A stretch of DNA of 64,000 bases from an uncultured Candidatus Saccharibacteria bacterium. Its GTDB lineage: Bacteria; Patescibacteriota; Minisyncoccia; 2-02-FULL-40-12; GWA2-44-9. The notes beneath the pieces are model-generated. The model saw nothing but the letters and a program-made list of their open reading frames with translations, made no database searches and was not told the origin of the DNA. The position numbers were made by a program, and so were the translations under genes. This document shows, piece by piece, positions 38,907 through 47,584 of this stretch (position 1 is its first letter; every line of letters starts with the position of its first letter). Location of the stretch: NCBI GenBank assembly GCA_964479835.1, contig CAYZRE010000002.1:24987-88986 (forward strand). Direction: 5' to 3'.

Positions 38907-39530
38907 TCAGGCGCGTGGTATCGGGTTGTTGGGCGCTGCGAAGAAGAGCTCGCGGTGCTCGGTGAGGCGCTTGAGCGCCCGCTCAAACTGGGGGTGAAGC
39001 TCTGCGTACTCATCGGGGGTCACGAAGACCATGTAGCCCGCCTGAAGCGCTCCGTGCATCTTAACGAATACGCTACCGTGCACCGCAACTTGTTGTCCTT
39101 GGCGGCGAGCAGCCTGCAATTCTTGCCGCGAATGCGCCCACTCCTCGCGTATGGCCTCCAATCCGGCGCCCACATCGATGTCCCGGTTGAGAACACTGGG
39201 AATCGGCCACGAGGCGTGCGCCGCTATCGTGAGCCCTAACGCGTTGTCACAGATAAGCAAGTTCTCAATGAGCTCGTGATAGCTCTCATCGACGAAGACA
39301 AACTTGACCTCCTTGGTAGTGCACAGGTACAGCAGCTTGGTTTCTGCCGCCGCGACAGCCTCGATGGCCCTGCGGGCCGCAGGAGCGTTCCATGTGGCGC
39401 ACAACCTGCTCATCAGAACGGTCTTGATGCGCGTACGCGCAACCGGGCCATACCACTTGCGGGTGCCTTCCGCGCGCATGACTTCTTCCGCGATGATGCG
39501 ATCTACCTCCGCTTCAGGATATTCCCGCAT
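38907..39530 (-). CDS. hypothetical protein
   Basis: 207 aa; RBS GGAGGAGGTGAGAG before the ATG; own terminator downstream; no family recognised. Confidence 0.45.
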   Translation of the reverse strand: MREYPEAEVDRIIAEEVMRAEGTRKWYGPVARTRIKTVLMSRLCATWNAPAARRAIEAVAAAETKLLYLCTTKEVKFVFVDESYHELIENLLICDNALGLTIAAHASWPIPSVLNRDIDVGAGLEAIREEWAHSRQELQAARRQGQQVAVHGSVFVKMHGALQAGYMVFVTPDEYAELHPQFERALKRLTEHRELFFAAPNNPIPRA

Positions 39531-39579
39531 CTCTCACCTCCTCCGTTGGTATAGCAAGTAAACGCGAGCGTCGCAAACG

Positions 39580-39610
39580 AAAAAAAGACCGAGGGGTGGG
39601 TTCCTCGGTC
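39580..39610 (-). terminator. intrinsic terminator (GACCGAGG/CCTCGGTC + T7)
   Basis: 8-bp stem followed by T7 on the minus strand, downstream of the gene ending at 39624. Confidence 0.55.
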
Positions 39611-39623
39611 GAGGTCGATACGG

Positions 39624-40220
39624 TTACTGCAGGGGTGCGGCCGCCAAATCATGCATGAGGCGGAGCTCGCTCATCTGAATGTCGTACTCGGTGGTAAACC
39701 GCTCCATCAGACGGTCGCCCAGTATGACCCTCAGGAGTTGCTTGAGATGCCAGCACAACCCATCGAATAGCCACCGTTGAGCCTCGAAAATTCCGATAGC
39801 GGACAGGCGCTCAATTTCATCGGACTTCTCTTCGCAGAAGGCGCGCAAGGCGCAGACGATTGCCTCATCGCGCTCGCGGTTATGTGCCTCATGCGGCAAG
39901 ATGGTCCGGAAGATGTTCACCACGCGAGCGATAGTGGCGGTGTCTTCAAAGAGCGCACGAACCTTGGAAGCTTCTTCCGGCATCACGATATGCGGCAGTT
40001 CGGTCGGTCCCAGCGTGTAGGGAATCACCCTGCCCCAGAGCCGAATCACATCCAAGAGCAACCTCCCCTGGTATGGGTCCAGCTCCGGCATCAGTTTTGT
40101 GAACACATTCAGATTGCCAACGAGCCAGCCTGCTAGGCACGCCCGCTTCCCGGGAGCACCGCCGTCCTGACTTGTCATCAGTACCTGAAAGAATTCGAGC
40201 TGCCTTAATCCTCCGCCCAT
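39624..40220 (-). CDS. hypothetical protein
   Basis: 198 aa, helical, no family recognised. Confidence 0.45.
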   Translation of the reverse strand: MGGGLRQLEFFQVLMTSQDGGAPGKRACLAGWLVGNLNVFTKLMPELDPYQGRLLLDVIRLWGRVIPYTLGPTELPHIVMPEEASKVRALFEDTATIARVVNIFRTILPHEAHNRERDEAIVCALRAFCEEKSDEIERLSAIGIFEAQRWLFDGLCWHLKQLLRVILGDRLMERFTTEYDIQMSELRLMHDLAAAPLQ

Positions 40221-40275
40221 AGCGCCTCCTCATGTAACGACACCCCCAACTCTACTCTCCCGCATCTCTCTCCGC

Positions 40276-40299
40276 AAACGGCTCATTATGTGAGCCGTT
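40276..40299. repeat. REP-like palindrome copy 3 (AAACGGCTCA-ttatg-TGAGCCGTT)
   Basis: same palindrome family, followed by CTTTTG. Confidence 0.55.
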
Positions 40300-40307
40300 C
40301 TTTTGAG

Positions 40308-40428
40308 GAGCGGCGCGGCCATGCCATTCAGCAGACCGCTTCGGAGGACGACTGGCCCGAGAACGCAGAAGCCCCGCCAGCAAGGCGGGGCTTCGTGTCT
40401 GTCCAGTGGTATGGCCGCGGAGCTCGAC
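40308..40428. repeat. structured ~120-nt intergenic element, copy B
   Basis: about 85 percent identical to copy A, with the terminal helix preserved through a wobble and a compensatory pair (CGCGGCCATGCC/GGTATGGCCGCG) and the identical inner 11-bp hairpin GAAGCCCCGCC-agcaa-GGCGGGGCTTC. Confidence 0.5.
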
Positions 40429-40436
40429 ACGAACAG

Positions 40437-40604
40437 CTAGCCGAGAAAGGCGAATAACTTATAGATTAGGAATGCCGGCCACACGAGAGCCTTGAGGAAA
40501 CCCACAGCGACCGACTCAAACCCAATCGATTGCTGGTAGAAATACACCGCTGCCCCGATAAATCCGAGAAAGTACACGCCCCCTCCGGTAGCTTCATTTC
40601 TCAT
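40437..40604 (-). CDS. tiny two-TM membrane protein
   Basis: 55 aa from the ATG at 40604 (MRNEATGGGVYFLGF...). The ORF track's longer version overlaps the upstream gene. Confidence 0.3.
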   Translation of the reverse strand: MRNEATGGGVYFLGFIGAAVYFYQQSIGFESVAVGFLKALVWPAFLIYKLFAFLG

Positions 40605-40614
40605 GTTCGTATGA

Positions 40615-40824
40615 TTAATTAATAAACCAGAATGGGTTGCCGAATCGGAGCTTGTTGAGCAAATCAAATGTCGGCGACTGGTCGGTGGCCGCTGACGGGT
40701 CACCATTGCCCCACGCAACGAGAATGTTTGCCTCCCCTTTTTCGTAGTACCCCATCACCGCCGATACATACGCGGCGCCCAACAGTACCAGTAGCCATTT
40801 CAACTTCCTTGATTTGCGCCTCAT
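40615..40824 (-). CDS. small single-TM membrane protein
   Basis: 69 aa, preceded by GCGGGGGAGTAGA about 12 nt upstream of the ATG. Confidence 0.35.
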   Translation of the reverse strand: MRRKSRKLKWLLVLLGAAYVSAVMGYYEKGEANILVAWGNGDPSAATDQSPTFDLLNKLRFGNPFWFIN

Positions 40825-40857
40825 GTCCCCATTCTACTCCCCCGCCTCCCTCCCCGC

Positions 40858-40881
40858 AAACGGCTCACCGATGAGCCGTTT
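40858..40881. repeat. REP-like palindrome copy 4 (AAACGGCTCA-ccga-TGAGCCGTTT) plus adjacent half-copy at 40889-40900
   Basis: 10-bp perfect inverted repeat, with an extra ATGAGCCGTTTA half immediately after. Confidence 0.6.
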
Positions 40882-40897
40882 AATTTCTATGAGCCGT

Positions 40898-41293
40898 TTA
40901 GTTCGTAAATGAAATCGTCAGCTGCAGCGCAGTGGCAAAGAGTCCCCAGAATAAGTACGGCAGAAGAAGCCAGAAGGTTGGACGCAGTACTCGCCATGCT
41001 CGCCATTGAATATACGATAGCGATACGAGCACGAGCAGAATATCCAAAGATGCCGGCCACAGCGGTGTCAGACCTAATTGAATAGGCGTAAACAAAAGAT
41101 TGGCAATCCAATTAATGCCAAACGCCCAGAGGAATCCGCGAGGTGCGCGCCCCTTCCATACCGCATACGCGGTGTACACGGTTGCTATGATGAAAAGAGG
41201 ATAGATGATGCCCCAAGCAACGCCGAACAGCCATGCGGGCGGGGCCCATGGAGGAAGCAGGATGCTCTGATAGAACTCCGCGTAGCTCAACAT
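40898..41293 (-). CDS. tspO: TspO/MBR-family tryptophan-rich membrane protein (short)
   Basis: Trp-rich 131 aa with LPPWAPPAWLFGVAWGIIYPLF matching the TspO N-terminal motif. Confidence 0.6.
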   Translation of the reverse strand: MLSYAEFYQSILLPPWAPPAWLFGVAWGIIYPLFIIATVYTAYAVWKGRAPRGFLWAFGINWIANLLFTPIQLGLTPLWPASLDILLVLVSLSYIQWRAWRVLRPTFWLLLPYLFWGLFATALQLTISFTN

Positions 41294-41330
41294 AACTGAA
41301 GCTCATTATACACCCAACCCCTCTTGAGAT

Positions 41331-41364
41331 AAACAAAAAGAGCCCGCCACAGTGGGGCGGGCTC
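41331..41364 (-). terminator. intrinsic terminator (GAGCCCGCC/GGCGGGCTC + T-tract)
   Basis: 9-bp stem with a T-rich tract on the minus strand, after the gene ending at 41371. Confidence 0.55.
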
Positions 41365-41370
41365 GGACGG

Positions 41371-41910
41371 TCAGGGCTGGAATAATTCTTCGGGCATCAG
41401 ACGCACCTCACGCACCCCCGAAAATTGCTTCGCCGTGTTTTCGATCTGCGCCCGTAAGATGCTCACAAAACATGAACCGCCACCCGTGCGATTGTCGGGG
41501 TCATTGAATGTCAGCGTCAGAACACCGCCAGTCAGCGATGCCGCAGTAAGGGTGACGCGCTTAAGTGGAAGTTCGGAGACCATGCCCTGGGCGCTTTCGG
41601 CTGATGTGGGTTTGGTTATCAGGAGAAGCCGAATCGTGTCCTGGATAGGGGTATTCGTGAACGGAATTTCACGGGTAGCGGGCATCGAACCGCCGGTACT
41701 GCACATGATATTTCCGGACGCATCCTTATCGAGCTCGGGATTGTAGAAGAAAAGCTTCACGCTCCGCATCGCAACCGGAGATGACGACGGTACCACACTC
41801 GGAATCAGTGCACTCGGAAGCCCGCTATAATATCCCAAAGCGATTGCGACGGCAATCGCAATCACAACAAGTACTCCCGCCATCTTTATTTGCTTTGAGA
41901 TTCGCTTCAT
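41371..41910 (-). CDS. GerMN-domain lipoprotein-like protein
   Basis: N-terminal TM/signal, LFFYNPEL...LTLTFNDP pattern typical of GerMN domains. Confidence 0.55.
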   Translation of the reverse strand: MKRISKQIKMAGVLVVIAIAVAIALGYYSGLPSALIPSVVPSSSPVAMRSVKLFFYNPELDKDASGNIMCSTGGSMPATREIPFTNTPIQDTIRLLLITKPTSAESAQGMVSELPLKRVTLTAASLTGGVLTLTFNDPDNRTGGGSCFVSILRAQIENTAKQFSGVREVRLMPEELFQP

Positions 41911-42008
41911 ACCCCAATGTTACTCTCCCACCTTCCTCCCCGCAAACGGCTTCCGCAAAAGAAAAACCGGCAGGCGGAGGCGCCTGCCGGTCCAAACGTT
42001 GCGAAATT

Positions 42009-42326
42009 CTACTTCTGCTTGTCGATGGTCCAGATGTAGCCGGCGGATGTCAGGTCGATGACCTTCCGGGCGCGCGACCGACCGTCGTCGTACTCGGCGA
42101 AGAGCGAGTGCTCTCCCACCTCGTATCTGACGTTGCACTCGCGTTGCGGGGTGGCACGGCAGGTCTCCTCGTCGCCGTCCACCGAGAACACGAGCGGGTC
42201 GGCCGTGTTGTTGATGAACCTGATCAGCCCCGTGCTCTGGGCCTGCACCGGCGGCGGCTGTACCGCGAACCCCGCCATCAGCGCCAGCAGACCAATCGAC
42301 AACACCATCAAGACTGCCTTTCTCAT
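42009..42326 (-). CDS. small secreted hypothetical protein
   Basis: signal peptide MRKAVLMVLSIGLLALMAGFAVQPPPVQA; RBS AAAGGAGG. Confidence 0.5.
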   Translation of the reverse strand: MRKAVLMVLSIGLLALMAGFAVQPPPVQAQSTGLIRFINNTADPLVFSVDGDEETCRATPQRECNVRYEVGEHSLFAEYDDGRSRARKVIDLTSAGYIWTIDKQK

Positions 42327-42409
42327 ACGACCTCCTTTGTTACTGCGAGTTCACACTATAACACACTAATTCCCTCCCCGCAAACCGACCATTTTCCAAA
42401 AAGCAGCGG

Positions 42410-42961
42410 CTATTTCTGATTGATAGCTAGAATTTCGTTAACGCGCTTGAGAACTAGATCGCCATCTAACATCTCGCGTCCTTTAATGCGAAGTAATGGA
42501 AGGTTAGCCGACTCAAGAATACGCTGAACCTCAATATCGCGTTGGATTCTATCTGGCCGCTCATGTGAAGGGTCATCTAGCTCAATCGCTAGTACCGTGT
42601 GGAGACTATTTTTCTCACACAATACGTAATCAACTGACTTTTCGTCGATATGCCGAAACGCACCAAACCAGCTCTGGCCCTTAATCTTGTGCTCAACAAT
42701 CGATGGCAAGTGGATTTGCGGGAATACCAAAAAACGGTCGCCGATTATCCGCGTAAGAAGGCGAAAGAACTCCTGCTCTGTATGCGTCATAACAGAAGCT
42801 TTTCTCCCGTAGAGATATTTATACGGCTGTGCCTTTTGTGTCTTTCTACGAAATAGGCCTACCAGCACCACGAGCACGATAAGGCCAAGAATAATCGGCC
42901 AAAACGGCTTCACGAACGTGAAGAACGCATTCACTATTTGCCAAAAATCGAGATTGATCAT
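42410..42961 (-). CDS. DUF2726-like (NERD / PD-(D/E)XK-related) membrane-anchored protein
   Basis: N-terminal TM, then YVLCEKNSLHTVLAIELDDPSH core typical of DUF2726; start overlaps the RM gene stop (ATGA); AT-rich codon usage. Confidence 0.55.
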   Translation of the reverse strand: MINLDFWQIVNAFFTFVKPFWPIILGLIVLVVLVGLFRRKTQKAQPYKYLYGRKASVMTHTEQEFFRLLTRIIGDRFLVFPQIHLPSIVEHKIKGQSWFGAFRHIDEKSVDYVLCEKNSLHTVLAIELDDPSHERPDRIQRDIEVQRILESANLPLLRIKGREMLDGDLVLKRVNEILAINQK

Positions 42962-45900
42962 TTTATTTTGTCGATTTCTTCCATGATACGGTCGGTTTCG
43001 GTGAGCGCAACAATAATTTTTTGATAATGTGAGATATCATCAAATGACAATTTCATACCACGTCGATCTTTCAACCACTTCTGAGCTGGCAAGTAGCTAC
43101 CCATAACATACCCAAACGCTTCTTCGGATATATTTTGAAAACTTTGCGTTTCATTAATAAATACTTCACCCTTCCTGAATATAGGGAACTTCGGACCAAC
43201 GATGTTACTGCCGAGTGCTGGAAACTTGGATGTGTAGTTACCGATCTCGGGATGTTCTAGTAGATGATAGAGGCGCAGGTCTCTGCCTTTTTGGACGAGC
43301 TTCAGAAATGTCTCCTTATTTGACGGGTACGGAATACGCGGGAAGTCCGTCTTCAGGAATTCTTGGTATTTTTTTCGATAATTTAGTGAGTATAGCGTCG
43401 CATAGATGTAGTCAAGGATATCTTCTGACGATATGGCACCGACAACATTTTCTATTTTGCTCACTATTTCTTTCCTTAGATTAGAGGTTCGTGTATTATC
43501 GTCAGAGTAAAGATATAGCGGGAAGACGTAGCCAGCCTCCTTAGTTCGATTCGTTAGGAGGCACATGTCAATTAGACCCCTTCCAATGAAGGCGTGGTTA
43601 AATTCATTGACTGCCAGCTGGCGAGGAACGAGAAGTGCGATGTTGTCTCGTTCGAGAAGATGCTTCATAATCGCATACCGGGGACGAGCAATGAAACCCT
43701 TATTTTCGTGGGTATAGTATATCCATCTAACATCGAATGGACGGTAAGATATTTGCCTCAAATGAGATTCGGAGAAATTTCTTTCTACATCGTTCTTTGC
43801 GTTCGGCAGCTGCCAGCTACTAGTATCTTTCGGAATGCCGTACTTCTGGCGCAATGCGACAACATCCAAACTCTTAAAATCTAGAACACGCTGTTGGAGC
43901 ATTTCTTTTCTTTGATCGATGGCCAACTCATCCCTGAACGTTGCAATTCCAACACTGGACTCTAAGAATAATTCATCGAGACTGAATCCTCGTCTGTATT
44001 CTTCTCTGCCCTCCATGTTCTTATCCACAAAGAAATACATCTGGTCATCGAGTGACACCTCTTGCCAGTTTGGTTTATAAGAATCTAGGGCAGTAAATTT
44101 CGAACGACGAGAGCCGAATAAGTCGTCATGATATACTCTGGCCGGTTGATTGGCCTTCTTGTCTCCTGTTTTCACGGCAATCAAGATTGCTACTCCCTGT
44201 TGAATATCAAAGACGTTTTCATCTTTGTTGCCATCGGGAGAAAGTTCCTCCTTTTTTAGATTGCCATGGAGATCGAGTACATAGATTGAATCGAAAGTTT
44301 TTGTCAGATGCCATCGCATACCACGAAACGTTGGGTTATCAATGTAGCCGTGAGCTGTGATCATGGCTACGATGCCCGTACCAGTTTTCTCAATAAAACT
44401 CTCTGCTAAACGGATAAACTTAACATAATCATCGTTCAGCCATTTTGAATTCCGCTCTTGTAGCTTCATTCTCCCGCCAGGCTCTACTTTATACACATCA
44501 TGCCCCGTATACTGCTTATTTTGAGACTCACCTTTATATGGCGGATTGCCAATAACGACCATAACCGGCAACTCTTCTTTTACTCGTGAAGCACCAATAG
44601 ACTCTTCGGTAAGCGAACGCATCAGTCCGAATTCAAGCTGTGGTTGCACGGCGCCCGCGGGTTCCAAAGAATTTGTAAGATACACACCGATTCTGTCGTT
44701 TGGTTCGGCACCTGTTTCAGTCAGAACCATGGATAACTTGAGGTGTGCGACAATATAACTTGCGACGAGAAGCTCGAATCCGTGCATTCGTGGAAGTAAG
44801 TGTTCATTTACATAACTTGGCCATTGACCTTTTTGACTCTCAAATGACTCGTATATCTTGTGGATAGTCTCATTCAAGAATGTTCCGGTACCAACAGCGG
44901 GGTCCAAAATCTGGACACGGTGAATCTGTTCCTTAACTTTTTTAAACTGGCCTGTTTTATTAGTCTCCTGAATAGAAATCTCATGCTCAACCTTAGAAGT
45001 GTCTGCCAGTCCTTTTGAGAGACCAAAATCGCGACGAAGAATCTCGTCCACCGATCGAACGATGAAACGTACAATAGGCGGGCGAGTATAAAATACGCCA
45101 CGATCTAACTTCTGCCCTTTATCGTATTCTCCCAAAAAGTCTTCATAGAAATGAACAACGGGATCAAGTGCTTCGGGGTCCTTACCCCACAAACCTACTT
45201 GCCTGAAGCGATCCTCCATAATTCCCTTGACATCAGCTGCGGTAAATATTAAAGATAAATCGGAAACGATATAATCAAGTCTTGAGTCAAACTCTGGGCC
45301 AGAAATATGATTAAAGAACTGCCTTAAAAAGGGGTTAGAGCGTGGCACAAGGCCTTGTGCTTCCTGTCTTGAAAAATTCCCTGGCGTTTTATCGTAGAAG
45401 CGAGCTACAAATAGGCCATATACTAATGTTTGGGCATACATATCCGCAAATTGCTCGATCGTTAGGTCGTGTATAAGAAGACGCTTAAAAACGTCGAATT
45501 GTTCAAGAAGCGATCGACTTTTCTCTCCACCTTCTTTGCTATAGATGACAATATTTTCTCGAAGACGACGCCCTCGACCACCCATGATTCGAGACAATTT
45601 TTCTGCAGAGGTTATCGTTTGAGCTCCGAGTTCAAGAAACGCTGAAAGTTCGCGGACTAGTAACTCATATGCCTCCGCGTGAAATACCAATCCCTCTCCA
45701 TGACGAGATGCGATAATGATTTTTTCTCCATAGGGTTCGCCGTCTCGGAAAAATCGAAATTCAATGTAGTTCGTCAATATAAGCTTCGGATATCCTAGAT
45801 ACCTCTCGAGTTGTTCCGATGTCTGGACTTTATCCAAGTTTACAGCGAGGTCCTTCGTTTCAATGTAGGCAAGAGGAACTGCCCCTTTTTTAACAATAAA

Positions 45901-46071
45901 GTCGGGCGCTCCAAACTGAGAACGCTTTGGCTCATTAATTATCTGGCAGTTCTCGCATGTAGTCCCCAGAAACTCTTCAAAGGGTGCGCGATAAGAATGC
46001 TCACCAGCCTCGCCAGTTGCAAACTTGCCGCCGATTTTTCCGAGATACTCCGCGACTTTATGTGCAGTCAC
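42958..46071 (-). CDS. Type IIG restriction-modification enzyme (fused PD-ExK endonuclease, gamma-class N6-adenine MTase and TRD; MmeI-like)
   Basis: 1037 aa; N-terminal PD-(D/E)XK (GAPDFIV...AYIETKDL), MTase motif I ILDPAVGTGTFL and motif IV VIGNPPYKG in gamma order, long C-terminal TRD; apparent GTG start; AT-rich. Confidence 0.75.
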   Translation of the reverse strand: MTAHKVAEYLGKIGGKFATGEAGEHSYRAPFEEFLGTTCENCQIINEPKRSQFGAPDFIVKKGAVPLAYIETKDLAVNLDKVQTSEQLERYLGYPKLILTNYIEFRFFRDGEPYGEKIIIASRHGEGLVFHAEAYELLVRELSAFLELGAQTITSAEKLSRIMGGRGRRLRENIVIYSKEGGEKSRSLLEQFDVFKRLLIHDLTIEQFADMYAQTLVYGLFVARFYDKTPGNFSRQEAQGLVPRSNPFLRQFFNHISGPEFDSRLDYIVSDLSLIFTAADVKGIMEDRFRQVGLWGKDPEALDPVVHFYEDFLGEYDKGQKLDRGVFYTRPPIVRFIVRSVDEILRRDFGLSKGLADTSKVEHEISIQETNKTGQFKKVKEQIHRVQILDPAVGTGTFLNETIHKIYESFESQKGQWPSYVNEHLLPRMHGFELLVASYIVAHLKLSMVLTETGAEPNDRIGVYLTNSLEPAGAVQPQLEFGLMRSLTEESIGASRVKEELPVMVVIGNPPYKGESQNKQYTGHDVYKVEPGGRMKLQERNSKWLNDDYVKFIRLAESFIEKTGTGIVAMITAHGYIDNPTFRGMRWHLTKTFDSIYVLDLHGNLKKEELSPDGNKDENVFDIQQGVAILIAVKTGDKKANQPARVYHDDLFGSRRSKFTALDSYKPNWQEVSLDDQMYFFVDKNMEGREEYRRGFSLDELFLESSVGIATFRDELAIDQRKEMLQQRVLDFKSLDVVALRQKYGIPKDTSSWQLPNAKNDVERNFSESHLRQISYRPFDVRWIYYTHENKGFIARPRYAIMKHLLERDNIALLVPRQLAVNEFNHAFIGRGLIDMCLLTNRTKEAGYVFPLYLYSDDNTRTSNLRKEIVSKIENVVGAISSEDILDYIYATLYSLNYRKKYQEFLKTDFPRIPYPSNKETFLKLVQKGRDLRLYHLLEHPEIGNYTSKFPALGSNIVGPKFPIFRKGEVFINETQSFQNISEEAFGYVMGSYLPAQKWLKDRRGMKLSFDDISHYQKIIVALTETDRIMEEIDKIK

Positions 46072-46076
46072 AATTC

Positions 46077-46110
46077 TTCAAATCTACCAAAAAACCGGCC
46101 TTGTGGCCAG
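46077..46110. repeat. ~34-nt repeated upstream element, copy 1 (minus-strand reading CTGGCCACAAGGCCGGTTTTTTGGTAGATTTGAA)
   Basis: near-identical to copy 2 at 46601-46632; lies immediately 5' of the RM start codon. Confidence 0.5.
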
Positions 46111-46119
46111 TTCTCGGTG

Positions 46120-46143
46120 AACGGCTCACCGAATGAGCCGTTT
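46120..46143. repeat. REP-like palindrome copy 5 (AACGGCTCA-ccgaa-TGAGCCGTT)
   Basis: same family as the other copies, between the RM gene start and the upstream gene's stop. Confidence 0.55.
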
Positions 46144-46156
46144 GATCCCGTGGTAT

Positions 46157-46591
46157 TCAGACGAGTTGCGGAATTTTCAGTAGCTTGCGTATCTCATTGA
46201 GGTCATCATCATTTCTAAGGGCATTATTGCCCGGACCTAGGCCGTTCGAGAGTCTGATGAGCCGCCGCGCAGCGTCCGCAACATTTCTGTCGTCGTTCTT
46301 TGTACGAAAAACCAGTTGTTTTCTCGATGCTTCTAAATCGCATGAATTTCTACGAAGATCGTCCGAGCATTTTTGATAGCGCTCCGGCCAAAAAGAATTT
46401 TCACTAGGCGGAATAGGGTTTGTTATTACATTCGCGTAATATTTCAATTCGTTATCGATTTTCCCAATCACTCCCTTATATTCTTGCAGGGGCACTAGAA
46501 CGAACCTTTGGATTGTTTCGCCTATCAGAAAAATAACCACGCCAGATATGACGGTCTGAAAAACTGTACTTCCGAGAAGGGTCGCGATCAT
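46157..46591 (-). CDS. hypothetical protein with N-terminal TM helix
   Basis: The ORF track starts at TTG 46612 inside the repeated element; the ATG at 46591 (MIATLLGS...) is preferred; no family recognised. Confidence 0.4.
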   Translation of the reverse strand: MIATLLGSTVFQTVISGVVIFLIGETIQRFVLVPLQEYKGVIGKIDNELKYYANVITNPIPPSENSFWPERYQKCSDDLRRNSCDLEASRKQLVFRTKNDDRNVADAARRLIRLSNGLGPGNNALRNDDDLNEIRKLLKIPQLV

Positions 46592-46600
46592 GTCAGGCGA

Positions 46601-46632
46601 CAAATCTAACAAAAAACCGGCCCCGTGGCCAG
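46601..46632. repeat. ~34-nt repeated upstream element, copy 2
   Basis: minus-strand reading CTGGCCACGGGGCCGGTTTTTTGTTAGATTTG, about 5 mismatches to copy 1. Confidence 0.5.
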
Positions 46633-46670
46633 TCGTGGAGTAGGGTCGGTAATGTAGTAGGGCAGCTCGT

Positions 46671-47327
46671 TTAAACTAGCGTTGCCTGGGAACCACCCAA
46701 TAGGACTTGATTAATGAGATCGTGATACAGCCTACTAGCTAGTGTAGTATTGAAGTCGGGATCATTGGAGGCTGTTAGCAATAGCAGTTTTTCTCTATAT
46801 AGGCCCTGTGACTTTAAAAAGGCGATTTCCGCAGAGTCTCCTAAAATCATTGATTCTATAACTTTGAAGGCAGGGTCCAGAAAAAACTCGGCCACTTTAT
46901 CCTCCAGCTGTTCTTGCTTAGTTTGCTTATTGAGATGGACGAATTGAAAATTCTTTTTGTATCCGATAAAACATTTCCCACCAAGATTGATAATTTCGGG
47001 GCCAAGCTTTTCGCCAGCATCACAGGCAAGAGCGTGAACAAATTTCCCCTGCATTATTTTGGCATTTTCTCCAACCCGAATCAGTATTTCTCTGTTATAT
47101 CCACACAGATGATCTGGGCCCCCGTGTCCGTTAAAAAAAACAATCTGGGGATCATTCTCTGATATAGCGGTCTCAATATTTACTCGAGTGACCGAAGGGC
47201 CCGATAATTCTATAACTACTGTCTCGGGCTGTTTTTTAGCCAGCTCAACCACTCGGTCACACCAGGCACCTATATACTCAGTGGGCCGATCGTGAGCCGG
47301 GTTTGTAAAAACCAGTATGCGGCTCAC
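46671..47327 (-). CDS. caspase-like (C14-type His/Cys dyad) fold protein, candidate peptidase
   Basis: 218 aa; hydrophobic first strand RILVFTNP, then FFNGHGG (metacaspase YSGHG-like) and HALACDAGEK (D-x-C-x-x-G-like Cys motif) in the order expected for a caspase/metacaspase dyad; GTG start. Confidence 0.45.
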   Translation of the reverse strand: MSRILVFTNPAHDRPTEYIGAWCDRVVELAKKQPETVVIELSGPSVTRVNIETAISENDPQIVFFNGHGGPDHLCGYNREILIRVGENAKIMQGKFVHALACDAGEKLGPEIINLGGKCFIGYKKNFQFVHLNKQTKQEQLEDKVAEFFLDPAFKVIESMILGDSAEIAFLKSQGLYREKLLLLTASNDPDFNTTLASRLYHDLINQVLLGGSQATLV

Positions 47328-47581
47328 TGGGTGACAAGATTAGGGTTAGCAATCTTAGCAACAATGCCAGTTCTTAGGGCGCGTAGAAATTCCATTTCTG
47401 TCTCGATATAGTCCAAGCCAATAGTAGACTCATTGGTAACATGTTGAATCATCTCATCTCGAGAGATATTGGCCGCCTGGTCTCCGCTGGAAAAGTGAAG
47501 ATTTCGAGACAAAATTTCTAGTCGAGCTAAGATTGTTTCTTTTACTACCGGATCGGCTGATTTTTGCACAACTTTTTTCAT
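47324..47581 (-). CDS. hypothetical small protein
   Basis: 85 aa, start overlaps upstream stop, stop overlaps downstream start (operon coupling). Confidence 0.4.
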   Translation of the reverse strand: MKKVVQKSADPVVKETILARLEILSRNLHFSSGDQAANISRDEMIQHVTNESTIGLDYIETEMEFLRALRTGIVAKIANPNLVTQ

Positions 47582-47584
47582 ATT

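Noticed and set aside
40276-40299. REP palindromes as simple rho-independent terminators only
   Set aside because: Several copies lack a U-tract on either side, and they recur with near-identical sequence at unrelated loci. They are therefore treated as a repeat family that may or may not terminate transcription
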